A DNA stretch of 64,000 nucleotides, taken from NCBI GenBank assembly GCA_001303025.1, contig LJNK01000004.1, positions 1,516-65,515 of the forward strand. Reading direction: 5' to 3'. The stretch is from Deltaproteobacteria bacterium SG8_13 (GTDB lineage Bacteria > Desulfobacterota > Desulfobacteria > Desulfobacterales > SG8-13). Every line of letters begins with the position of its first letter. The stretch's first letter is position 1. A model generated the notes under the pieces. That model did not search any database. It was not told where the DNA came from and saw only the letters and a program-made list of their open reading frames with translations. The position numbers and the translations under genes are program-made. Shown here piece after piece: positions 19,278 to 28,433 of this stretch.

Positions 19278-19442
19278 AAGGGGTGTTAAAAAAACAAGCA
19301 AACGTCATGCCAATATCAGCAAAACGCTGTCCGTTCGAATGATAATTTTCTCAACAAATTGATATTATGATACAATCGTTAGGTTTTCTCCTTTCCCCAA
19401 CGACAGCCGCTGGATTCGAACGTGTCCTGAAACGCCCCCGCG

Positions 19443-19607
19443 GTTCAAAATTTTGAACCCAAATGGCTGGCTCATCACAACTATCCGATATAAAAAGATA
19501 TTTTTCTATGCGCCAAGTTCAATTTTATAAACTTCAATGGCCGATCGTCGCTGCCATCTGGTAACCAGCCGAATACAATACGGTTTTTTTGTTCAACCTC
19601 TTAAACT
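19443..19607. repeat. three phased copies of GTTCAA-N5-TRAACY (starts 19443, 19517, 19591; 74-bp period)
   Basis: The copies are GTTCAAaatttTGAACC, GTTCAAttttaTAAACT and GTTCAAcctctTAAACT. The first is part of a perfect 18-bp palindrome GGTTCAAAATTTTGAACC. Copies 1 and 2 also share AATGGC at the same offset. Confidence 0.6.
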
Positions 19608-19677
19608 GTCGACAACCGGTTGGCCTGCAGCGACGCGGCCAGGCAGGGAAAAAGGAGTGGCCGACCTACAAAACGCG

Positions 19678-20703
19678 TCAGAGCCCGACCCCATCAATGG
19701 GCGCATGGCAGTATCGACAGCAACCGCTTTCGATTTTATAACCCCGGATTTGAAAGCCCTGGCGCTCCACCAGCATTTTGCCACAGCGGTAGCAGAATGT
19801 ATTCTCACTGTCCTGTCCCGGCACATTTCCGGTGTATACATATCGCAGACCGGCCTTCAAACCGATCTGCCTGGCGGTCAACAAGGTATCCACTGGTGTG
19901 GGGGGGCGATCCGTCAAGCGATAGGTGGGGTGAAAGCGGCTGATATGCCAAGGAGTTTCGGGGCCCAGGTCATTTACCAGGAATTCAGCCAGCTGCTCCA
20001 GCTCCTGCCGGCTGTCGTTTAAACCCGGCACGAGCAACGTGGTGACTTCCAAAAATATCCCCAGGGACCTCATCAACCGGAGGGTGTTTTTTACCGGCTC
20101 CAGCTTCGCACCGCAGAGATCTTTGTAATATCGCTCGTCAAACGCCTTCAGATCTACGTTAGCGGCATCCAGGTATGGCTGAATCATCTCAACGGCTTCA
20201 GGCGTCATGTAGCCGTTAGTGACAAAAACATTTCGGATGCCGGCAGCGCTAGCCCGTTTGGCCGTCTCATACGCGAATTCGAAAAAGACCGTCGGTTCGG
20301 TATAGGTATAGGAAATGCTTCGGCAGCTGCTCCGCTGGGCGGCCTCGACCACCTCCTCGGGTGTGGCCGGATCTCCGAGGATCATCCCCCGGCGATCTGC
20401 CGGCATTTGGGCGATATCCGCATTCTGGCAAAACCGGCACTTAAAATTGCATCCGACCGTAGCAATCGAATACGACAGCGTGCCGGGCAGAAAATGATAG
20501 AGCGGTTTTTTCTCAATCGGATCAATATTTCGCGCTATCAGCTTGCCGAAAACCTGCGTCTGCAGACTGCCCCCCTTGTTTTCCCGGACGCCGCAAATAC
20601 CGCGTCGGTTGTCCTTGATCACGCAGCGGTGGTGACACAATCGACAGCGGACCTTGTTCTGTTCCAGCGATTCGTAAAGAAAGGCTTCCATATTCTGCAA
20701 CAT
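19678..20703 (-). CDS. radical SAM enzyme, AmmeMemoRadiSam-system / PflA-like activase type
   Basis: CNFKCRFCQN radical-SAM cluster motif. N-terminal CRLCHHRC...GICGVR and C-terminal CYRCG...CCRYC Cys motifs are typical of this family. Confidence 0.85.
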   Translation of the reverse strand: MLQNMEAFLYESLEQNKVRCRLCHHRCVIKDNRRGICGVRENKGGSLQTQVFGKLIARNIDPIEKKPLYHFLPGTLSYSIATVGCNFKCRFCQNADIAQMPADRRGMILGDPATPEEVVEAAQRSSCRSISYTYTEPTVFFEFAYETAKRASAAGIRNVFVTNGYMTPEAVEMIQPYLDAANVDLKAFDERYYKDLCGAKLEPVKNTLRLMRSLGIFLEVTTLLVPGLNDSRQELEQLAEFLVNDLGPETPWHISRFHPTYRLTDRPPTPVDTLLTARQIGLKAGLRYVYTGNVPGQDSENTFCYRCGKMLVERQGFQIRGYKIESGCCRYCHAPIDGVGL

Positions 20704-20718
20704 TTCCGGCTGATCGGT

Positions 20719-21489
20719 TTAGCCCGGCACCGCGTCCGTGGACTGTTTCCGCCGATATCGCAGGGCCAGCGGTCGGGTGCGAAAGCGGGGCACCAATGAA
20801 AAGACCATGCCTGCAAACGCACCGAATGGACAGCGTTGAACAAATTTAAACTCCTCCAAATTCTGGGTGAAGCTGCCGCAGACGGCCGGCAGCTGATTCA
20901 CCGTTCGCCATGTCAGCGGCACCGGGCCAGCAATGGAGCGAACCATCCGTTTCAACTCCCAAATGCCATAGAATTTCGCTCGATTGAAAATGGATTGATT
21001 GAAGATCCCGGCAACGCGTAGGTGGATGCCTCTGATGGCAAACCGATTCAGGACCCCGATAAAGACTCTGTCTTTGGTCACTCGACAGGCTTCCTTCACA
21101 GCTTTGACCGGATCAGCGACAAATTCGAGGGTCGTCATGAAGCAGGAGTGGTTGAAGGAGTTGTCATCGAACGGCAGTTCTTCGGCAAATCCCCGATACA
21201 GTTCCGCCCGATTGCCCACCTGCTTGATGGCGAGATCGAGCATGTAGGGAGAAGGGTCGATTCCGGTGACGCCGAGACCCCGTTCGATCAGCGGCATCAG
21301 GGTCGATCCGGTGCCGCAACCGATCTCCAGCACACTCTCACCCCTCAGGGGCTGCAGCATATCGAGCAGCAGGCGATTTTCCTGCACGACCTCGACCTGG
21401 TTGCGGGGGTCCTCAACCCATTGCTGGTAGGACCTGGCATCTTGAAAGTTGAAAACGTACCCCATAGTATCCATCCGTATTAACAGCAC
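20719..21489 (-). CDS. class I SAM-dependent methyltransferase
   Basis: Motif I VLEIGCGTG and a Methyltransf_11-like core. Confidence 0.8.
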   Translation of the reverse strand: MLLIRMDTMGYVFNFQDARSYQQWVEDPRNQVEVVQENRLLLDMLQPLRGESVLEIGCGTGSTLMPLIERGLGVTGIDPSPYMLDLAIKQVGNRAELYRGFAEELPFDDNSFNHSCFMTTLEFVADPVKAVKEACRVTKDRVFIGVLNRFAIRGIHLRVAGIFNQSIFNRAKFYGIWELKRMVRSIAGPVPLTWRTVNQLPAVCGSFTQNLEEFKFVQRCPFGAFAGMVFSLVPRFRTRPLALRYRRKQSTDAVPG

Positions 21490-21601
21490 GGCGTGGGGAA
21501 ATTTCCGTATTTCAGTCCCTTCGGTCTGGCGGGGAGAACCATGTCTGGATAGTGGATATCAGATGTCGCGTGTCGCGGTAAGCCGTCATCCCGGCGGAAT
21601 T

Positions 21602-23083
21602 TCATTCGGCGGTTGATTCGGAGGTCGCGGCGCTGCCGGGACTTTTTTTTCTGCGACGGCGCTTTCTCTTCTTGCGGGGTGGTTTGGCCTGGTTCGGTTC
21701 CGGTTCATCCGTTTTCCCAGGTTCGGGCGGAAATCCGAAAAAGGCTCCCGGATATTTCTTCTTCCACGTTTTGTCTTCTTTTTTTTGACGGGCCAGACGT
21801 TTCTGCACCCTCCCACGCCCCTGCGCGGTTTTCCCGATCCTGCCACGCGTAACGGTTTTTACCGGACCACAACGGTCCTCAACCAACCACTCATCTTCAG
21901 GCCAAACCACCGGTATTTTATAGCCCAGCATTCCCTCCACGGCTTCCAGGTGGTACACATACTGTTCACAGGCCAGCGACAGGGCTCTTCCGGTTTTGCC
22001 CGCCCTGGCCGTCCGGCCGATTCGGTGAATATAGTTTTCGGCATCCTGGGGCAAGTCGTAGTTGATAACATGGCTGATGTCCTCAACGTGGATACCCCGG
22101 GAGGCCACGTCCGTGGCGACCAGGATTTTCGTTTTCCCGGTTTTGAATTTCTCCATCAGGCGAAATCGTTTTTTTTGCTGAAGATCGCCGGTGATTCCTT
22201 CGGCCGGCCAGTTGTTCCCCTGCAGCTTCAAGGTCAGCCATTCCACACCGGCCTTGGTATTGACGAATATCAGCACCCGGCTCCAGTCTTCACGGCCAAG
22301 CAAACCGAGCAATAGCGACAGCTTGTTCTCCAGGCCGATATGAAACAGCTCCTGCTCGATGCCTTCCACCGTAACCTCTTCCGGCGTCACGGAGATAAAT
22401 TCGGGCAGGTTCATATACTGGTAGGTCAGCTCCAGTACCCGGTAGGAAAGGGTGGCGGAAAAAAGCATCGACTGTCTTTTTTCGAAAGGCGGCAGCTTGC
22501 TCAGGATGTAGCGCATATCTTTGGCAAATCCGAGGTCAAACAGGCGGTCGGCTTCATCGATGACTACGATCTGGATTCCCGCCGTTTTGAAGATCCCCTG
22601 TTTCAGGTAATCAATTACCCTTCCCGGCGTGGCGATGACGATATCCACTCCCTGGCGCAAGGCATCGGCCTGCTTCTGGTAGTCGATGCCGCCGACCACC
22701 TGTACGACTCGCAAGCCGGTGTGCTTTCCGATGACGCGTGCTTCGTCCAGAATCTGATTGGCCAGCTCCCGCGTGGGGGCTGCAATCAGCGCCGCCGGCA
22801 GACCGGGTTTGCGATTCTTTGCGGCCAGCAACCGGGAGAATATCGTAATGAGAAATGCCGCTGTTTTACCGGTTCCGGTCTGGGCCTGCCCGGCCACATC
22901 ACGGCCAAGCAGAGCAACCGGCAATGTCTGGGCCTGGATGGGCGTGCAGTGGGAAAAACCGGCTTCGTTCACACCGGACAACACTTCCGGGGGCAGGTCG
23001 AATTCGGTAAACGTTGTGCGGGTTAAGAAATTTGGTTTCTCGGCTCGCGGCGGGGAACTGGAAACAGCGGGGTCCTCAGACAT
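21602..23083 (-). CDS. DEAD-box ATP-dependent RNA helicase (RhlE-like) with basic C-terminal tail
   Basis: Q-motif FTEFDL...GFSHCTPIQ, AQTGTGKT, DEAD (VIDEAD), SAT, HRIGRTARAG. Lys/Arg-rich C-terminus. Confidence 0.9.
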   Translation of the reverse strand: MSEDPAVSSSPPRAEKPNFLTRTTFTEFDLPPEVLSGVNEAGFSHCTPIQAQTLPVALLGRDVAGQAQTGTGKTAAFLITIFSRLLAAKNRKPGLPAALIAAPTRELANQILDEARVIGKHTGLRVVQVVGGIDYQKQADALRQGVDIVIATPGRVIDYLKQGIFKTAGIQIVVIDEADRLFDLGFAKDMRYILSKLPPFEKRQSMLFSATLSYRVLELTYQYMNLPEFISVTPEEVTVEGIEQELFHIGLENKLSLLLGLLGREDWSRVLIFVNTKAGVEWLTLKLQGNNWPAEGITGDLQQKKRFRLMEKFKTGKTKILVATDVASRGIHVEDISHVINYDLPQDAENYIHRIGRTARAGKTGRALSLACEQYVYHLEAVEGMLGYKIPVVWPEDEWLVEDRCGPVKTVTRGRIGKTAQGRGRVQKRLARQKKEDKTWKKKYPGAFFGFPPEPGKTDEPEPNQAKPPRKKRKRRRRKKSPGSAATSESTAE

Positions 23084-23316
23084 GATCTCCTCAATGGAAT
23101 ATGGAAAATTCTCTAGTTATCATTGGGCTGGAAGCGTAACCGTTTTTACGGGATTTTGCAAGCTCGGCGGTTTGCCGTCATCGTCAAGGCGAGTTGGCTG
23201 CCGTTTTCCGAATATAAGAGTGCGCCTTGAAGTTTGCCATCCTTATATGCTACTTGATATTGTTTTGGTCAATTGTTTGCCAATAAAAACAGACATCGGC
23301 TCTTCGAGACAAGACG

Positions 23317-24546
23317 ATGAAAGAATTTTTCAATGTCACAGGCCTGAAACAGGTGCTGGAGCTGGCTGCCGAATTCCCCCGCAGCCGTACCGAAGTCCTC
23401 CCGTTGGATCAGGTGCTCGGCAGGGTGCTGGCGGAGGATATCACCGCACCTCATGATCTGCCTGAATTCGCGCGGGCAACCATGGATGGATACGCCGTGC
23501 GGGCCGCATCCACTTTCGGTGCAAGCGAGAGCAGCCCGGCCTTTCTTGCGGTAAACCACAGCGTGGGGATGGGAGAGGCCCCGACGTTTGTCATCGACCC
23601 GCAAGATGCTTGCCGCATATCCACCGGCGGTATGCTGCCGGAAGGCACCGACAGCGTGGTGATGATCGAGCACACCGAAAAGATGGACGAAACCACCATC
23701 GAAGTCTATCGCAGCGTCGCTCCCGGACAGCATGTCCTGGAGAAAGGAGAAGATTTCAGCAAAGACGGGGTCGTTCTGCGCAAGGGACAAGTGATCCGAT
23801 CCCAGGAAATCGGGCTGCTGGCGGCATTTGGCAATGCAACGCTACCGGTTTTCGCCCGCCCAGTGGTCGGGATTCTTTCCACCGGCGATGAGATTGTTCC
23901 CATCGAGAACAAGCCGCTGCCCGGTCAGATACGCGATATCAACAGCTACAGCCTTGCAGGCCAGGTCGCAACCGCCGGGGGCATCCCGGTTGCCTACGGG
24001 ATTGTGCCTGATGACCGCGACATGCTGTATGACCGGTGCAGCCGGGCATTGGACTGCTCGGACATGCTGCTGATTTCCGGCGGCAGTTCGGTCGGCACGC
24101 GCGATTACACCATTGAAATCCTATCGGCGCTTCCCGAATCGATCATCCTGGTGCATGGCATATCCATCCGTCCCGGAAAGCCGACGATTCTGGCCCGGGT
24201 GCAAAATAAAGCCGTCTGGGGATTGCCGGGACACGTCACCTCCGCCATGGTGGTGTTCGACGTGGTGGTTCGACCGTTCCTGGAGCACGTCGGCGGCCGA
24301 CTGCCCGAAGCACACCGTAGATTGAGAATTCCGGCACGGCTGAACCGCAACATACCATCGGTCCAGGGACGAACCGATTTCATCCGGGTCCGCCTGATCC
24401 AAAAAAATGACGGTGTCTGGGCAGAGCCGGTGCTCGGAAAATCGGGTTTAATCAACACCATGGTCAAGGCAGACGGATTGATCAAAATCGACCGAGACAC
24501 CGAAGGCTTCGACGAGGGCGCACTTGTCGATGTCACCCCCATATAA
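23317..24546 (+). CDS. moeA: molybdopterin molybdotransferase MoeA
   Basis: Typical MoeA N-terminus (LPLDQVLGRVLAEDITAP...MDGYAV) and an MPT-binding domain (ISGGSSVG). Confidence 0.9.
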   Translation: MKEFFNVTGLKQVLELAAEFPRSRTEVLPLDQVLGRVLAEDITAPHDLPEFARATMDGYAVRAASTFGASESSPAFLAVNHSVGMGEAPTFVIDPQDACRISTGGMLPEGTDSVVMIEHTEKMDETTIEVYRSVAPGQHVLEKGEDFSKDGVVLRKGQVIRSQEIGLLAAFGNATLPVFARPVVGILSTGDEIVPIENKPLPGQIRDINSYSLAGQVATAGGIPVAYGIVPDDRDMLYDRCSRALDCSDMLLISGGSSVGTRDYTIEILSALPESIILVHGISIRPGKPTILARVQNKAVWGLPGHVTSAMVVFDVVVRPFLEHVGGRLPEAHRRLRIPARLNRNIPSVQGRTDFIRVRLIQKNDGVWAEPVLGKSGLINTMVKADGLIKIDRDTEGFDEGALVDVTPI

Positions 24547-24566
24547 ACAGCAACGAAGCGGACAAG

Positions 24567-26507
24567 ATGCCAATGCGGAGAAACATCTACCTTAAAATGA
24601 AAACCCTGGCGGAGGCCCGCCGGATTCTGTTCGAAGCATTTTCGAGTGACTCGACCATGCCCGGTGAAGAAGTGCCGGTTCCGGATGCCGTCGGACGGGT
24701 CCTTGCCGGCCCGGTCTCCGCCAAGCTGTCTTCGCCTAACTTCCATGCAGCGGCCATGGACGGTATTGCCGTAATGGCCGAAGATACCTTCGGCGCCACC
24801 GAAAACCGTCCCAAAGTACTGCAAGTGGGCGATCAGGCCCATTTTTTGAACACCGGAAATGTCATGCCGGAGGGCACCAACGCGGTCGTCATGATCGAAA
24901 ACGTTCACGTTCTGGACGAAAAGCAGGTGCAGATCGATGCGCCGGCCTTCCCTTGGCAAAACGTTCGAAAGATGGGGGAGGACATCGTCGCCACCGAATT
25001 GCTGTTTCCCCAGAATCATGTTGTCACGCCTTACTGTGTCGGGGCCCTGCTGTCCGCCGGGGTTGCGGCTGTGGCGGTCAGAAAAAAACCCCAGGTCCTT
25101 ATCCTGCCGACCGGATCTGAACTGGTCGATTGGCGCGACCTCGATCTGAAAACCCTGCAACCGGGACAGGTGCTGGAGACAAATTCGTATGTACTCGGTA
25201 AGCTGGTTGAATTGCACGGGGGTGCCTATACCAAGCACGAAAAAATTGCCGATGACCTGCAGGCCATCCAGAACGCAGTGCGCAAGGGGTTGGAGGACCG
25301 ATTCGACATGGTGCTGATCATCGGCGGTTCGTCCGCCGGATCCGAAGATTATGCCCGGTCCGTGATCACTGAATTGGGCACGGTTCACGTTCATGGTGTG
25401 ACAATGATGCCCGGCAAACCCGTTATCATCGGTGATGTCGGGGGAAAGCCGGTGTTTGGCATTCCCGGTTATCCGGTGTCTGCAATCATCGCCTATGAAC
25501 AGTTTGTAAGGCCGTTGATCCGCTGTCGACTGGGTCTGCCGGATCTCGAACCACAAACCGTTCAAGTGGAACCGACCCGCAAACTGGCGTCCAAACTGGG
25601 AGTGGAAGAATTCCTGCGCGTCAAACTCGGCGAGGTGTCCGGTCGCATTGTCGCCACGGCACTGCCCAGGGGCGCCGGCAGCATCACCTCCATTACCGAA
25701 GCCGACGGCATCATCCGCATACCCCATCACGTGGAAGGACTCAGCGACAAAGAGCCGGCAACCGCTGAGCTGCTGCGACCATTGTCGGCGATTTACAATA
25801 CCCTGGTCATTGTGGGAAGCCACGACAACTCTCTGGATGTTCTGGCCAACCAGCTGCGCGCCGGCAATTCGGGCCTTACACTTTCTTCGAGCCATGTCGG
25901 CAGCATGGGCGGTTTGATGGCCGTTAAAAAAGGAATGTGCCACCTGGCCGGATCGCATCTGCTCGACCCGAAAGACGGCTCCTACAACATCGCATACGTA
26001 AAAAAATACCTGCCGGATATGGTATCCGGCAACCAGGTACGAATCGTCCATCTGGTCTTTCGTGAACAAGGTTTGATCGTGCCGAGGAGCAATCCGAAAA
26101 ATATTAAGGGCATCGAAGATCTGCAGCGGGACGACATCACCCTGATCAATCGCCAGACAGGTTCCGGCACACGCATTTTGCTGGACTATCGCCTGCGGCA
26201 AATCGGAATGGATCCGGCCCGCATCAAGGGCTACCGGAATGAAGAGTTCACCCACATGTCGGTGGCCGTGGCCGTGCTGAGCCATACCGCCGACACCGGC
26301 CTGGGCATCTATGCCGCCGCCCGGGCCCTGGACTTAGATTTCATCCCGGTCGTCACCGAGCAATACGACCTGATCATACCGCAGATATTTTTCGAAAGCC
26401 CCAACGTGCAGACCCTGCTGGAGGTCATCCGCAGCACCGAGTTCCACAGGCAGGTTGAATCCCTCGGTGGTTACAGTACACAAAAAACCGGCGAAGTGCT
26501 TTTGTAG
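24567..26507 (+). CDS. MoeA fused to a C-terminal periplasmic-binding-protein-like (oxyanion-binding type) domain
   Basis: The N-terminal 400 aa are MoeA-like (MDGIAV, IIGGSSAGSEDY). The C-terminal 230 aa are PBP-like (VIVGSHD...INRQTGSGTR...). Confidence 0.8.
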   Translation: MPMRRNIYLKMKTLAEARRILFEAFSSDSTMPGEEVPVPDAVGRVLAGPVSAKLSSPNFHAAAMDGIAVMAEDTFGATENRPKVLQVGDQAHFLNTGNVMPEGTNAVVMIENVHVLDEKQVQIDAPAFPWQNVRKMGEDIVATELLFPQNHVVTPYCVGALLSAGVAAVAVRKKPQVLILPTGSELVDWRDLDLKTLQPGQVLETNSYVLGKLVELHGGAYTKHEKIADDLQAIQNAVRKGLEDRFDMVLIIGGSSAGSEDYARSVITELGTVHVHGVTMMPGKPVIIGDVGGKPVFGIPGYPVSAIIAYEQFVRPLIRCRLGLPDLEPQTVQVEPTRKLASKLGVEEFLRVKLGEVSGRIVATALPRGAGSITSITEADGIIRIPHHVEGLSDKEPATAELLRPLSAIYNTLVIVGSHDNSLDVLANQLRAGNSGLTLSSSHVGSMGGLMAVKKGMCHLAGSHLLDPKDGSYNIAYVKKYLPDMVSGNQVRIVHLVFREQGLIVPRSNPKNIKGIEDLQRDDITLINRQTGSGTRILLDYRLRQIGMDPARIKGYRNEEFTHMSVAVAVLSHTADTGLGIYAAARALDLDFIPVVTEQYDLIIPQIFFESPNVQTLLEVIRSTEFHRQVESLGGYSTQKTGEVLL

Positions 26508-26565
26508 TGTTGGATGTTCGGCCGCCTGCAGCCGAACGGATTGCGCTCCTGGTGCAGCAGAATCA

Positions 26566-26985
26566 ATGAGAAAGCCTTATGAAATCATCGACCACACCGC
26601 TGATATCGGCCTTCACGTTTATGGTGCCGACGCGGCCGAGCTGTTCAGCAATGCCGCCAGCGCACTAACCGACGTGATCACCGATCATCGTGGCGTGGTT
26701 GCCGCCGAGTCGCTGAACCTTTCGGTCACCGGCCTCGACTGGCCGGATTTGATGGTCAACTGGCTCCGGGAGCTGCTCTACCTGTGGTCGGGTAAAGACC
26801 TGCTGGTCGCTTCCGTTGAGATTGAACAGGTCAGTGAGCAGAAAATCGTCGCCGTCGCATCGGTAGAACCCTTTCGATCCGAGCGACACAGGATTCACAA
26901 CGAGATCAAGGCGGTTACCTATCACCAGATCGACGTTTCCGAAAGTTTGACAGGCTGGGAAGCAAAGATCATATTGGATGTATGA
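26566..26985 (+). CDS. archease
   Basis: N-terminus MRKPYEIIDHTADIGLHVYG and C-terminal IKAVTYHQ are archease hallmarks. Overlaps rtcB by 4 nt. Confidence 0.8.
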   Translation: MRKPYEIIDHTADIGLHVYGADAAELFSNAASALTDVITDHRGVVAAESLNLSVTGLDWPDLMVNWLRELLYLWSGKDLLVASVEIEQVSEQKIVAVASVEPFRSERHRIHNEIKAVTYHQIDVSESLTGWEAKIILDV

Positions 26986-28418
26986 TGGAACTTAGAAAAA
27001 TCGACCGGTACCACTGGGAAGTTCCCAAGACCGGCCGGATGCATGTGCCCGGAATGGTCTACGCCACTGCAGCCATGTTGAAAGAATCCGACCAGAAGGA
27101 ACCGCTTCAGCAGGTGGCAAATGTAGCGACGTTGCCGGGCATCCTCAAGGCTTCCCTGGCAATGCCGGACATGCACTGGGGGTACGGCTTTCCCATCGGA
27201 GGCGTGGCCGCATTCGACTGGCACACCGGGGTGGTTTCCCCCGGCGGCGTCGGATACGACATCAATTGCGGCGTGCGCCTGGCATCAACCCATCTGACGG
27301 AAAAAGAAGTCCGGCCACACCTGGAAAATCTGGTCAACACGCTCTTTCAGAACATTCCCACCGGTGTCGGCGCAAGAGGCCCCTTGAAGCTGTCCAACCA
27401 GGAGGAATTGCAGGTTCTGCGCGAAGGAAGCCGCTGGGCCTTGCGCCATGGCTACGCATCGGATGAGGATGTGCAGCACACCGAAGACGGCGGATGCCTG
27501 CCGGAGGCCGATCCGCAGCTGCTCAGCGATCGTGCCATGGAAAGGGGCAAAAAGCAGCTGGGGACGCTTGGATCCGGCAATCATTTCCTCGAAGTCGGCG
27601 TGGTGGATACGGTATTTGATCCCTCAGTCGCCGGCGTGTTCGGCCTGAGCGAGGGACAGATCACCGTCATGCTGCACTGCGGCTCGCGCGGCCTGGGGTA
27701 CCAGGTCTGCGATGACTTTTTGGCCAGGATGAACAAACAGATCCACCAACTGGGCATTGATCTTCCGGACCGCCAGCTGGTGTGTGCTCCGATTGAATCT
27801 GAAACAGGGCAGGCATACCTCCACGCCATGGCCTGTGCTGCCAACTATGCCTGGGCCAACCGCCAGGTTTTGCTGCACCGAGCCCGAGAAGTATTTCAGC
27901 GCGTTTTCGATATCGGCCCCCGTGATCTTGGGATGCGGCTGATTTACGACGTTTGCCACAACATCGCCAAAAAAGAAGATCATCTCGTCGAAGGCAGACA
28001 ACGAGCGGTTTGCGTGCACCGTAAAGGAGCCACCCGCGCTTTCGCACCAGGCCACCCGGCAGTCTGTGAAACCTACCGATTGGTAGGACAGCCTGTAATC
28101 ATCCCCGGTGATATGGGCAGAGCGTCCTACGTTCTGGTCGGAACCGCTAAGGCCATGGAAGAGACCTTCGGCTCCACCTGCCACGGAGCCGGCCGCCGGC
28201 TGAGCCGTAAAGCGGCCAAACGCGCCAGCAAGGGGCGGGCCATTCACCGTGAATTGGCAGACAAGGGGATACTGGTGCGCTGGACCGGGCGGGGAACCCT
28301 GGCCGAAGAGATGCCCGAAGCCTACAAAGACGTCTCCGAGGTGGTGGACGTAGTCCACGGGGCCGGAATTTCCCGCAAGGTCGCCAGATTGCGGCCCATG
28401 TGTGTCATCAAGGGGTAG
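26982..28418 (+). CDS. rtcB: RNA-splicing ligase RtcB
   Basis: Motifs MPDMHWGYGFPIGGVAA, GYDINCGVR, GSGNHFLE, HCGSRGLG, GSTCHGAGR. Confidence 0.9.
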   Translation: MMELRKIDRYHWEVPKTGRMHVPGMVYATAAMLKESDQKEPLQQVANVATLPGILKASLAMPDMHWGYGFPIGGVAAFDWHTGVVSPGGVGYDINCGVRLASTHLTEKEVRPHLENLVNTLFQNIPTGVGARGPLKLSNQEELQVLREGSRWALRHGYASDEDVQHTEDGGCLPEADPQLLSDRAMERGKKQLGTLGSGNHFLEVGVVDTVFDPSVAGVFGLSEGQITVMLHCGSRGLGYQVCDDFLARMNKQIHQLGIDLPDRQLVCAPIESETGQAYLHAMACAANYAWANRQVLLHRAREVFQRVFDIGPRDLGMRLIYDVCHNIAKKEDHLVEGRQRAVCVHRKGATRAFAPGHPAVCETYRLVGQPVIIPGDMGRASYVLVGTAKAMEETFGSTCHGAGRRLSRKAAKRASKGRAIHRELADKGILVRWTGRGTLAEEMPEAYKDVSEVVDVVHGAGISRKVARLRPMCVIKG

Positions 28419-28433
28419 AAGCCGGGAGGTGGG

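Noticed and set aside
19263-19289. 8-codon mini-ORF MKDSSKGC with a perfect SD (GGAGG, 7 nt, ATG)
   Set aside because: There is no downstream plus-strand gene to regulate, no terminator on that strand, and no precursor-peptide context on the same strand. The SD is more simply the complement of the anti-SD-like segment of a minus-strand RNA that does have a terminator. It is kept as an alternative in the finding.
19405-19425. GGATTCGAAC, resembling the reverse complement of a tRNA T-arm
   Set aside because: The flanking sequence cannot form T-stem, acceptor or anticodon arms on either strand. It is not a tRNA.
23084-23316. Possible Moco riboswitch upstream of moeA
   Set aside because: I could not find the conserved Moco-motif segments or a plausible multi-stem architecture by eye. 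The region also serves as the 5' UTR of the divergent DEAD-box helicase gene. An Infernal scan would settle it.
24105-26285. 726-aa ORF on the minus strand
   Set aside because: It lies exactly antisense to the two well-supported moeA genes. Its translation is Arg/Gly/His-rich low complexity with no motif. This is the typical shadow ORF of GC-rich DNA.
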